Translations under genes and position numbers: made by a program | Assembly: GCA_003344405.1 (NCBI GenBank) | Contig: NOWV01000022.1 | Location: forward strand, 496,001-560,000 | Reading direction: 5' to 3' | DNA from: Trichoplax sp. H2 | Taxonomy: Eukaryota | Length of the DNA: 64,000 nt | Notes under the pieces: generated by a model | What the model was told of the DNA's origin: nothing | Databases searched by the model: none | The model's input: only the letters and a program-made list of their open reading frames with translations | In this document: positions 26,461-38,937 of the stretch, piece by piece | Layout: every line of letters starts with the position of its first letter | Position numbering within the stretch: the stretch's first letter is position 1

Positions 26461-28377
26461 ATTGTATAAAATTTACAGTATCCCAGCAACAACTTCGACA
26501 CCTGGAGAGCGGCCTAGACCATAACATATAACGGTAGTGATAAATTATTTGTCAGGTCTAGATAAATATAATATTTGGAGGGCCTTCATGAGTGCTATAG
26601 TAGATTGGAGTCGGATTGGACGCGAGAAAACAATCTTGCATTTCGAAATGAATAAGATGGAAGTTGCAGAATACTGCAGTGTACAGTGCCATAAGCGGCA
26701 GGTCTTTTTCTTTAAGCCCATGATATTACTCTGGCACATACTGTTCGCTAGGAATTGCTTCTACGGATTACTAACTGTATCAATTAATTTAGTTAACCGT
26801 ATACAGTAGTTTATTTAATTTAATTAGTATGTATTTTTGGTAAGATCCTACTAACTTTCAGGTTATTCACAGAAGATTGTACTTTAAATAGCATATTGCG
26901 TGGATTTTATACATTAATTCATTAAATAATTAATTATAATGAATTCATGGAGTAAGAAATAGCAGAATCATGCAATATTTTCTAATGAAAAGAGTGTATA
27001 AAAATGACCGTAGTTAAACTACAGTACTGTATCTAGTAACTAATTATAATATTAATAATTCATTCGCTAGGGTTAGGGTTAGGGATATATACAGTATAAA
27101 ATAATTGATTCACCGCTCGTGTAAACGGATCTACAGTATTCAATACTGTAGATAGAGCTGAAAGTATTACTGTTAAGAAACCTGGAGCAGTATATAAAGT
27201 GATGGTAGTGGTAGTAACTTGTCAGTATGCACTTTCTGGGCTTCCTACGTATTGCCATTTCTGCTAATTTAAACTTCTTACTAGTTATAGTTACTTATTG
27301 CTAGTAATATAGTACTATACTACACTACTGGATATTGTATGAACATGAAGGACTCACCTGTACGAGTATACACTATTGTATACCAATAAGCAACCAATAT
27401 GAAGTTCTTAAGAGTACTAATGTAAGACTCCGCTAACTGCATTAAAAAAATGGCTATAACTGGTGATACGCTGAATTGATAGTCGTAAACAACATCAGTA
27501 TCGCTAGTTCTTTTATAACTCAACAAAATATAGCTTACATAGAGAAAATGAAACACTTTGCCGTTGCCATTGTCATTTGACCTCGCAGCTTCGTTACTTT
27601 ATTTATATACTCAACAAAAGATAATAATATGATGATAGCGTCGTGAAAAATATAAATATGCCTACATTCCTCTACAAATCCACGATAAGCTGCAAACTAC
27701 GTACTAAATTTTTTTGTAATACGTCAATTTAACTGACTATGAGTGCAGTATAAGTAGATACGTATTAGCGAGAATCGAGTCGTATAAGAATGGCCCTACC
27801 AGCTACATTTGGCACAATGTCCATCAACTTAAGTTTTTTGGCTGTACAGTATTCATTATATATAGCCTCACACTATAGCTGTATATTTATCCATTTATAT
27901 ATGTATATATAATAAATAGATATCAAATAGGTTGAATAAATTTTAGGACGCTAAAGAGGATTAGTAAGAGTAGATGACAATCAAATCTTCAAATTGGCTG
28001 CCCAATTGAATAGGTGTACGCCTTATGTATATCATACAATGTGCGCAATATATACAAAGTATTATTCTCTAATTCGCACAGAACGAATATCTGGTTATTA
28101 TTGGTATACGAGTCAACCTACCAGTCGGTAATGGCGATTATTTCGATATAGTAAATCATCGACACCCCAGAGTAGAATACACGCTAGAGGGCTATCTCGA
28201 TAATTAACACCTATCATGTAAAGTTTACAATATAATACATAATCTCTAGCAATTCCTATCAATTTATACAATGAATGTCATCAACTGAGCGTCAATTAAT
28301 AAAATTGAACGGTTTATACAGTTCAAATCGCAATATATTTATATATGAAATAATGTAATGGCTTATACTGTAACTAA

Positions 28378-29733
28378 TCAAACGTCTAACGGATGAGAAT
28401 GGCATCTAATGGTTGGATTTCCAACAGGGAAATCGTCTGTGATGGCTAATTCACTAAAATCTATTCTCACTTTTCTGGCAATTTGCAACATTCTAATTTG
28501 ATCTTTTGGACGGATTTGATGTTCGGCAAATCGAGACTCAATTTCACCTCTTGTATAGTTATGATTAGGTTCAGGAGGATAATAAACATGAAATCCTGTC
28601 GTAAAAATGAAAGACTTGAAGTTACGATTCACTGGCAATGAGAGAAAATTACAGTGTGTGCGTATACTACTTTACTCTATTATACGTAGTAGTGTCATTC
28701 TGTAATTGTAAATCAGTATTTCATGAGTAACTTTTGCATCTAAGCAAAATGTACTTTAACTAACAGGAATCAATGATAAAACTTGACCACAGTAAAAGCA
28801 TCAGTAAAAAAGGTGATATAATATTTCAATGAAGCAAAATATCGACTCACGATTATCATGTTGAGGAATGACATTGAATTGTCTACCCAAAATGGCGACG
28901 TAAACGTCATCCACACTACTAATCACACGAACAGATTTGATAGCTAAAAGTAACTTTTTGACGACCGATCCCGACATTACGTAGGCAAAACCAGAGCAAA
29001 ATTTAGGAAAATGATCAGCAGGATAATCTTCATATGATACGAAGTACTTATTCCGTCTATCGCGAACGACCATACGAGCTAGAAGAGAGTGAGAAGAGCG
29101 ACAAATCCAGACGTCTTCGTCGTATCGTGTTAGAGCAAATTCTCGGATAGCATCAAATAGGAGTGGAGCATTGACGAAAATATCGTCATCACCTTTGAAG
29201 AAAAATTTGGGCTGACAGTTCCGATGAGCCCACTGCATTCCGAGTAAGGTCTTGTAGGTTAAATTTTTCATACAATCAATAAATTCTCCTAATACTAAGT
29301 CGCCATACATGTGAGATTCTTCTTCGATTTTCTTATCCTTTTCTGGGTCTCCAGTCCTACCAATGACAAATAACGTCCTCCAAGCATAAGGATGATTGAT
29401 CCTATTGATGTATTCCTTGCCATCTCCCCAACTTCGTCTAATTGCATTTCGCCTTTCAAAGTGAGTTGGATACGAATTAATAACTAAGAGTACGAAAGCA
29501 GGTTGATCGCATGGTATAGCGCTGGAACGGTTGTTGAAATTTAACTTATATACCATTTCATCGTCGGGTAAAACATTGGCTTGAACGATATAAACTAATA
29601 ACACAATATACATTACTATCCCCATGATCATACAAGTTCCTAACGCACACATAAAACATGAAGGTAAATATTCTCTTTTAACAGAAGTGGTGACGAATCG
29701 TTTGGCTCTTTTTCGTTTGAATGTACGAGTCAT
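28378..29733 (-). CDS. GT31 beta-1,3-galactosyl/GlcNAc-transferase (B3GALT/B3GNT-like), 2 exons (28851-29733, 28378-28595)
   Basis: Type II TM anchor, RRNAIRRSWG, NLTYKT, KGDDDIFVN (DxD), FPKFCSGFAYV, DDVYVA motifs. Confidence 0.92.
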
Positions 29734-30129
29734 GGATTACTCAACCACCATCTACAGTGCGTGTACGATGCCTTTGGAAAGCTAAAATGCGTATCGTAGT
29801 CAATTGCTTGAGCAGTGTTGAAAAAATGCCACGTTCGAAGGCAGTTTCTGCCTAATTCTTGAAGTGATCCAAATGATAGTTTAAGCAATCAAAGAAGGAT
29901 TATAATTCCAAGTTATAAATAAACTGCAACTTTATCGTATGCTAGGAATAGCTTTCATGTACATTTTGAATCCTTCCTGAACTGAGCAGAGAGGCGTGAG
30001 GCTCGAGGAGATGTCAAGCACTGTTGAAATCATATCATTGTACTCTACCGAGGCGTTGACTCACTACAGTACAATTTTACAATCTTTTTTACAGAACAGT
30101 ATGCAATAACAGTCACGGCTAATGAATTT

Positions 30130-30790
30130 TGAACTGTACTGTACTGTACCATTTGACATTTACAGTACAGTACTGAAAGTTTTACAGCACTGTACTGTAC
30201 AGTACAGTGTACAGTACTGTACAATGGACAGTACTGTACTGTCGTGGGCCTGAGTGCTGGTGGATGGATGGACGTAAAGGACCAAAGAAGTGACACAATC
30301 GAGCTTGTTTCGCTCGTTTGTAGTGGCCTCAATGCCTCATTGGGTGCTGGTGGACGGACAGCCAACGAGGACCAAGGATGTGACACAAATGGACGAGCTT
30401 GTTTCGTTCGTTTGTAGTGGCCTCATTGAATGCTGGTGGACGGACAGCAACAAGGACCAAAGAAATGACACGAAACGAGCTTGTTTCGTTCGTTTTGTAC
30501 AGTACAGTGTACAGTACAGCGTACAGTACTGTACAGTAGTGGCCTCATTGAGTGCCGGTGGACGGACAACCGGCAAGGACCAAAGAAGTGACACGAAACG
30601 AGCTTGTTTCGTTCGTTTGTAGTGGGACTAGTGGCCTCATTGAGTGCTGATGGACGGACAGCCATGAAGGACCAAAGAAGTGACACAATCGTGCTTGTTT
30701 CGTTCGTTTGTAGTGGCCTCATTGAGTGCTGGTGGACGGACAGCCCGAAAGGACCAAAGAAGTGACATGATCGAGCTTATTTCGTTTGGT
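30130..30790. repeat. TACAG tracts plus 6-copy ~85-90 bp cassette array
   Basis: Unit AGTGGCCTCATTGAGTGCTGGTGGACGGACAGCC...AAGGACCAAAGAAGTGACAC...CGAGCTTGTTTCGTTCGTTTGT at ~30245, 30322, 30416, 30538, 30630 and 30713. Confidence 0.93.
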
Positions 30791-31604
30791 ACTGAAGCAG
30801 TCCGGCAGGATTCTGCATGATTATAATTATCTTAAGCTATCCGTAAATTTTACGTGTTACAATTATTATTATGGATGTTTATGGCTGCCATTTGACAGAG
30901 AAGCAATGCAGGATATTGAGCTGACGCAACGGATAATAAAAATAATAGTATAATAAATAATCAATCATAATAATAAAGATTTTAAAAATGACCACAAATA
31001 TCCTCACGTTACTACTCTACAGTGCTATACTGCAGCGATAATTCAACATATAATTTCTAGTACTACAAATGGATTACGCACTCAGTTATATTTTACTCTG
31101 ATACTTTTCCTGCCATCGACTTGCTATTTCGTATTGTTAGCTTGAAATTGAACATACACTCTCATAAAATATCTTGACATTAAAATTTCGAAAAGATAGT
31201 GTGACTTTAGCTGCAGTCTACCCTTACAGTAAGTCTACCTACAAATTCATTCGACATTGTACTGCACACTACTTAAGCGAGAGGGTACTGTAATAGCATA
31301 CCTGTAATAACACTAAAACTGCACACTCTCTAGCCAGGTCTCCAATTGAAATTTAGTTTAATTTAGAATAACTTTAACTAAAAATTTCCAACCGTGCATG
31401 AATATCTCCATCATAAATTCATTCAACTACTAGTATACTTTTGTATCTTTGAAGGACGCTGATACTGTTGGGTCATCAGTCTTGTCTCAATTAATTCAAC
31501 CTCTTATAATGAAAGATTTTTTGTTAATCATTTCGATTATCTCGTACGTAGGCAACGTGTTGCAGCCTGATATTAATAATGCAATTTGATCGCTACTTTT
31601 ACAG

Positions 31605-34600
31605 CATGCAACATCGGTGACCAAGAAACCGAATAATCAAACATCGTTGCTTGGCGATACTGGTCAATGCAGTGATAAATTGGAGCATTGCAAAACCACT
31701 ATTGAAGCACATGAGGACACGGGTAATACGGATGCAACACACCGTCTCATCACTACGAAAGTACCAGTAAAACATAAAACTGCCACAACTGTTGGTTTTA
31801 GGTCCCTCACGACATCAGGTTTTAAACCTCCTACTTTAGTATCAAATACTCCTATAAAAAATGCATCTACTGGAGATAGTAGTGCTCTATCGACAGTTAG
31901 AACCGGTGATTTGGTAAAATCGAATGGTAAGCAGTAGAAGCAAAATTTTCAATTATTAATCAGTTTATTACAGTAGAATGCTTAAAAGTGCTTTTTCAGA
32001 TCGTTTTAGCTTATGATATCTACGCAATAAATTTTTTAATTCTATATTGAGACAGCTAACAGACGAGAAACGAGATCTTTCTATTCAAATAACTTTAAAT
32101 TTCTGACAAAGCTTTTTCAATAACTGTTTGTACTGTGCAGTATAAACCATACCATTATTATTAATCAATGCATCAGTCTAGATGAAAGGTACTTATAAAG
32201 AGTGTATTACATTTGCCTTGCTCTAATAAAAATGAAACTGTTAAAATTCACCTTTTGTAAATTTAATTTCCTAAAAATATGCACCTGCTTACATGGTTCA
32301 TACAACTTAAGAACGTACCTGATGAGATATGCAATAGTTGATTATCCGATTGAAGCACTTGATATAACAATATATTAATATACGCGTATATGTAAGCTAG
32401 GTATACGGGCTAAAAATTAAGAAATAAAATCCCTCAGCATAATTTCACTTTATTACAGAAGCAAAATCGAATGAAGAAACTAGAAATCCTTGCTATTATA
32501 ATGTCATGTGGTATGTAATAAACGGATAAAATAATAGTCTAAGTGCATTGGAATTTGCACAAGTTTATGCAGCTTGTTGGATACGTATAGAACAACAGTA
32601 GACTTTGACAGTTACAAATGCACTCTATGTGATGATTAAATATACCATTATTTTTTGCGTTACCGCTTTACAGGTGCAAGTTATCAAATAAAAAGGTATG
32701 AGTGGAATAGACTGTACAGTAATCTTTTTTTGCAAACTGGAAATGAGATATTATTCCCGTTGCCTATAATAATTTTCTTTATGATAACTATTGTTAACGT
32801 AAAAAGCTAAGTCGAGCAGTCTAAATATTTCTCAAACTGTTCAATGGCACACTATTTTTAATTAAGTAGTCTCTAATAGGATACTTACAGTTGATATTAC
32901 CGCTAAATTTAACATTATTCTTTCTATTATAAGCATAGTTTACGTCAGAAATATCCATCTTGAACAATAATTGTAATAGTTCACTAATAAATGAGCGACT
33001 TTTACTAAATTATTAACTTCTGCTATGATTAATTTGCAACATGCATGCATATATACTCTTGTATACATGGTTAGAACAAAAAATGGGAGAGTGATGGTAA
33101 GTTATATGATAACTGTTTGACATAGTCCTAAACGTTATACATGCAATAGTAAGAAAGGTATCTTTATTGGCAGCTTTCCTTATAACTACCCCAACTACAG
33201 CAACCTTGGTTAACCTAGAAGGAAAAGAGTATGTGTAAAATATAAATATACTTGCTTCTGTTAAAATAAAGGTATCTAAATTATACATAGTCCGATGTAG
33301 CTGAAAATTTTAAATTCTCAGATTTATCTATGTAATTTACATGGCAGGATTGGAAAGAGTACAGGTTACAAATTATCAGAATTGAAAGATCTTCTGTCTG
33401 GTCAGACGTTGATAGTTGGAAGAAAGGAGGTTGAGGTTAGTCAGTAAATCTTGTATTCTTTTTTGTAAGGGGTCATGATTCTGTATGTGAATCCGTACAT
33501 TGGCAGATAATTAGTTCAATCAGCGATACCGATTGGGCAACTGGAAAGTGCTTCCGAACTGCTACTAACACTACCAATGTAATACCGCAAATTGCCAGTA
33601 AGTATAGCATTATCAGCTAATTTTAATATTTGCTTTTGCTTTAAAAGGTTAAGTATATTATTGCCACTTTCGATTTATACTTTTATTGGTGCAATTTCCA
33701 TCTACATTTTGCCTTTATATTGACGAAATAATTAGGACAAAAGTTTACAAATAAATTCTCATCTCCTTTGAAATCTATCGAAAATATGCCCACGAAAGTA
33801 TGTTTAATTTGTTAAATTTGGATTTACTGATTTACGGTACAGTAATTAGTATTTGAATAATTACAATTTCTATTTTGATTGCAGGATGTAAAAATTACTC
33901 ACGAAAGTCCTAGACACGACCCAAATGCTCCGGATGCTCTTGTAATGCCACGACCTAGTGTCGACCATCAGGTAATGTTAAAATTGTACCATTAATCTGA
34001 TCACATTGATTGAATAAATTAAAATTTCAACATTTAATAGTACTGGAATATTTCATTTGTAGCGCAACTTCAATACAAATAAGCTCTGTGTAGTCGATGT
34101 TGTTGTTGATCCATACATAAGTCGTCGTTTACGACCTCATCAACGCGATGGTGTCATATTTCTATATGAATGTGTTATGGGAATGCGTGATTTTTCTGGC
34201 TTTGGTGCTATATTAGCGTTAGTATTTTTGTCAATAAAAATATAATCCTTGAACGTTAAAATTTTTGAATTTTTGCTAGCTTCTAAAACAATACTACAAA
34301 TCGATCTATGTATTTAAATAGAGATGAAATGGGTCTTGGAAAATCGTTACAGTGCATTGCATTGATATGGTAAATTGATCATGGTTATAAATTTGTAAAT
34401 CTTACTGTGAAAATGCGCGATAAAGTTATCTTTTAACAATTAATACATCTCACCCTTAGCTTTAACACTTAAATGTTAATGTTCCCGTGAATTCTTGTCT
34501 ACCCTACATTTTGTATAGGACACTTTATAAGCAAGGGATGTATGGTGGTAAAGCACCAATTAAGCGGATTCTTCTTGTTACTCCTGGTAGCTTAGTACAG

Positions 34601-37600
34601 GTCAGTCCAATATTATATAATGCACTGGGACAATTAATGATAAAAATGGTCTTAACTGAAGAACAAGATGTGCTGTGCTAAGCTCATTTCTTTGGTTAAC
34701 TACTTACAAAGTATGACTATTACTTCGATAATGCTTACAATACCTCGCTCATCGAAATAATATTGTTACATCATGATTAGAATTGGTCTCGTGAATTTCG
34801 AAAATGGTTAGGCATTGAACGATTTAAGGTGTTTCCTGTCAGTTCTGATAAGAGAGTTGAGGTAAATTGTGACTTAAAGTATTTATCGCTATTTAATAAT
34901 TGCATAAGTTACTATATATAAATAAAGTCGATGATGTTGCAGACTATTCAATTCGGAAACATTCGCGTATAATGCAGCTTTCGTATATCATACATATTGA
35001 TTTCATTCCTATATAGGAATTTATCAAATATCCCCAATATCCACTGATGATTATTAGCTACGAAATGTTTGTACGCTCTTGCGATACACTGAAAGGCATC
35101 AAATTTGATCTTCTGATATGTGATGAAGGGCATCGCCTTAAAAACTCTTCCAATAAAACTTTTGCAGTTAGTTCTATTCCTATTATAATGTATAATTTGT
35201 ACTGATAACAGTTAGAAAGTCTCCGTTATTACGTCTCATCGGAAATACTGTTATAGTTGATATCAAGCGTGCAAACACGACGTCGAGTTCTTGTTACTGG
35301 CACTCCTATACAGGTAAATATAATTCACGCGTATATAACACTAATAACAGTAAAAAATATTATCTAAAAAAGTTAGCTTAATCATAATATTTTGCCAACG
35401 ATTCCTAGAATGACTTACAGGAATTTTATGCCATTGTAGAATTTTGTAACCCAGGAATTTTAGGTCTTATAAATTGAAGTTACAATATTGTTGTTTTTAG
35501 CTTGATTGATTATAACGAATAAAGGTTGTGATATTATTATTAATCATTATATCCAAAGGGAGTGAGGCCGCATTTCGTCGTATTTACGAAGATCCGATAG
35601 CTAAGTCGAGATTGCCAGGATGCAATAAAAAGGAGAAAAACCTCGGTGAAAGTCGAGCTATAGAGGTAATAGGCATTTATAAGGATATCGTTTTGGTCTA
35701 AAAGAATAATATGAGCATATTGCTGTTACATAAAAGTATATACGTTCACGTATGTGACGTGAGCACATATCGCAAGAGTAAACAGTATTAATTTCATGCA
35801 TAAAAGCTATTTAAATTATAAATTGTCTAGAATCGCTTTTACTTGCAATTTTTTACTGAATTTAAACAGTTGCTATGTGATAAACATTAACTACTCTAAA
35901 TCGCAGTATTAGCTTATGGTATCTGCTAATGTTCAAAACTCTACACATTTACTGCATTTTTTAACTGTTAACTGTATACCTACGTAAAAAAGCTAGGACT
36001 ATGCTATCAGCAGTACAGATTTCACCGTAAATAATTGGACAGTCAACTGAAACTGGGAAAATACTACAATATCTAATGCTATATATATATATATGATATA
36101 TCGCAGACAACACAGTTATTCAAGCTTATTATAGGCTGTTCCAATTTTTAAATATTACTGATTATTTCAATTCCACAAACATCCTTCTTAAGTTATCATA
36201 TGTTTAACAGATCAATTTTTCAAATTAATTAGTAAACTCCTCATAATTTATTCTCTAGCTATCCAGATTAACAAAGCTTTTTTGCCTCAGACGCACTCAA
36301 GAAGTCATTATCCATCATCTCCCACCTAAAGGTTTAAGCATTATATTAATATCAAAAAATGTGCCCCATTTGTGTCCTTTCTAACATCTATGATTACGCA
36401 TGTTATCACCTATTAGTGGAATATGTGATATTTTGCAGAACCGCACCACTACAAGTCCTTATATATCGACATCTGCTCAGTTCTCGCCTATTTAAAGAAT
36501 GCATAAGCGCAGTTGAATCGAATTATTGCAGACATTTCATGTGTATTAACGCTCTTAGAAAAGTTTGTAATGAGCCGAACTTAATTTATGAAGCAGTCAA
36601 GGATGCTGAATCACATCTGATTGATGACGAGATTGGTAAATCTATTGAGGAGGAGCACGTAGGTGTAATAGCTATATATAAGAACGATTGAATCAGGTTG
36701 AATTAAAGTGAACTGCTACATTTACGGTGGTAATTCAATTTTATCTTTAAATTTTAATGCTTCCCTTATTATGTCTGCAACTAGACACTTCTATACGCTG
36801 GAATTCAATCGTTATATCCACCCAACTATTCTCCTGATACTTTTACTACCGAGCATTCAGGCAAATTAGCCGTATTGAGTAATTTACTGGATTGGATATA
36901 CCAAAATTCGCCTAAAGAAAAAGTAGTTGTTGTTTCTAATTTTACCAGAGTTAGTATGGTATCTGAAGTTGACGGAGAAACACTGTTCTGGTGCTGTAAT
37001 ACAAATATTGGATCATAGAAGCAAACACTAACATAGTCTTTTCTTTTTCAATTTATCTTAAGACCTTAGATGTACTACAGAAAATGTGTAAAAGTAAAAA
37101 TTATCGCTACGTTCGACTAGATGGATCAACGCCAACTTCCAAAAGGCATACCATTGTTGAAAATTTTAATTCATCTTATAGTAAAACATGTGGGTAAAAT
37201 TAATTAGTTAACGCTTTCGCTAGGAAGCTTTCATTAACGTTACATTCTTATACCTATTGTGCCTGAAGGACTGTCTAAAGTATCAAATTTTATTTTAGTT
37301 GTTTTTTTGTTAAGTTCGAAAGCCGGTGGTACTGGACTAAATCTAATTGGTGCTTCGCGATTAGTATTATATGATATTGACTGGAATCCTGCTAATGACC
37401 TCCAGGTCAAACTAGTTACTCCAGTAGCTGAAAGACTTTCCTACAATAAATCCAGTGCTTTTAGATTTTTAATAAGACATTGGTGTTAGATGATGAAATG
37501 AAAAAATCACAAATTTTGAAATTATTTATTCAGGCAATGGCCAGGATTTGGAGAGATGGTCAAAAAAGAGATGTTTATATCTATCGACTAGTTACAACGG

Positions 37601-38779
37601 TATGCGCAATGATTGTGTAAACTGTGGATTGTTATGATCTGATTTGTTCGAATCAGTCTTAATACTCGTATATGTTATTCCAACATGAAATAGGGTACTA
37701 TAGAAGAAAAAATTTTTCAACGACAAGTTATGAAACATGATTTAAGCGGGGCAGTGATGGATACGAGAGAGTCCGGAAGAAGTCAATTTACCAGAAAAGA
37801 TTTACAAGTAAGCCAAAATTATTTCCTTAACTTACATGAGATTTACCTATTGAAGTGTACTTCTAGTAGTTACCAGAGTGGTATGCGATATAGTTGTACT
37901 AAGATTAATTACAAGTTATTAGACTTTCACAATAATAGTCTTCGTCTAAACTATGCATATAACATGTGCTATTTTTATCACTTTCGGATAAATTATGAAA
38001 TATTATCAATGTTAAGTGATTATGTGTTTAGAAGTTTTTAGACTATTAAGTGCAAAGTTGTTAAAAATTGCCTTTTAATTTACAGAATCTATTTAGCTTG
38101 CGAGAGGATATCGTGTGCGATACACATAAACTACTTGGCTGCAATTGCTGCCTCGAAGGAACGGTCTGCTAGTATTATTTTATTGAATGACATTAATTGA
38201 TTGTAACATCGAATAACATGTTTCTTATCATATAGTTTAATGATGCTGATGAGAGCGATAACAATACTGGACCTAAAAACTCTTCCATGGTTAGTTTTAT
38301 TACTATGTTAGAGTTAAGTTTGTTGCCACTGGTCATTGTGAAGGACTTTTATTTATTTACGGATATTACTAATTGCTAGAATAAGATTGAAATGGATGAA
38401 TTAATGAAATGGGATCATATTCCAGTCCCACTCAGTGAATCAGTTAAGGTATGAGACAAAATTCGTAAACAAATATAAATAATAAATGGCCGTAACATAT
38501 ATACTTATATTCACAATATACCAAAATGTATTCAGTTTAACAATACTTAAATCAATTTTAATTACTCTTCACGATTATAATGATTTGCTGTGCAGTAGAA
38601 TAGTGTACTTCTAGAATAATCGTTTACTTCACAAACTCTTTACTAATTTCTATATTATATATCATGACGATTAAACATACGCGAACTGGCAGGATCAATG
38701 CCTTCAAGATATTGACAGCAAAAATATCACATTTGTATTCCAAAATAGAATGTCATTGAATAATGATGTTACTTTATGA
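31605..38779 (+). CDS. RAD54B: DNA repair and recombination protein RAD54B (SNF2 helicase), about 25 exons; start codon not located
   Basis: N-terminal 'YYNVMWCKLSNKKNKKWESDA...[12 protein letters not shown]' matches RAD54B. Helicase motifs [71 protein letters not shown]. Stop TGA at 38777-38779. Confidence 0.92.
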
Positions 38780-38937
38780 ATTTCAAGTAGTAACTTATTT
38801 ATGTATTCAATAGCCCGACTATATAGCTATTCTTACCAGTGAAGTACTAGTAGTATTAGTAAAGTTATGTATTCCAAATAAAAGTCACAGTCTGTGTAAA
38901 TATCATTGTGAAAGCTAAACTTGAAATAAATTGTCAG

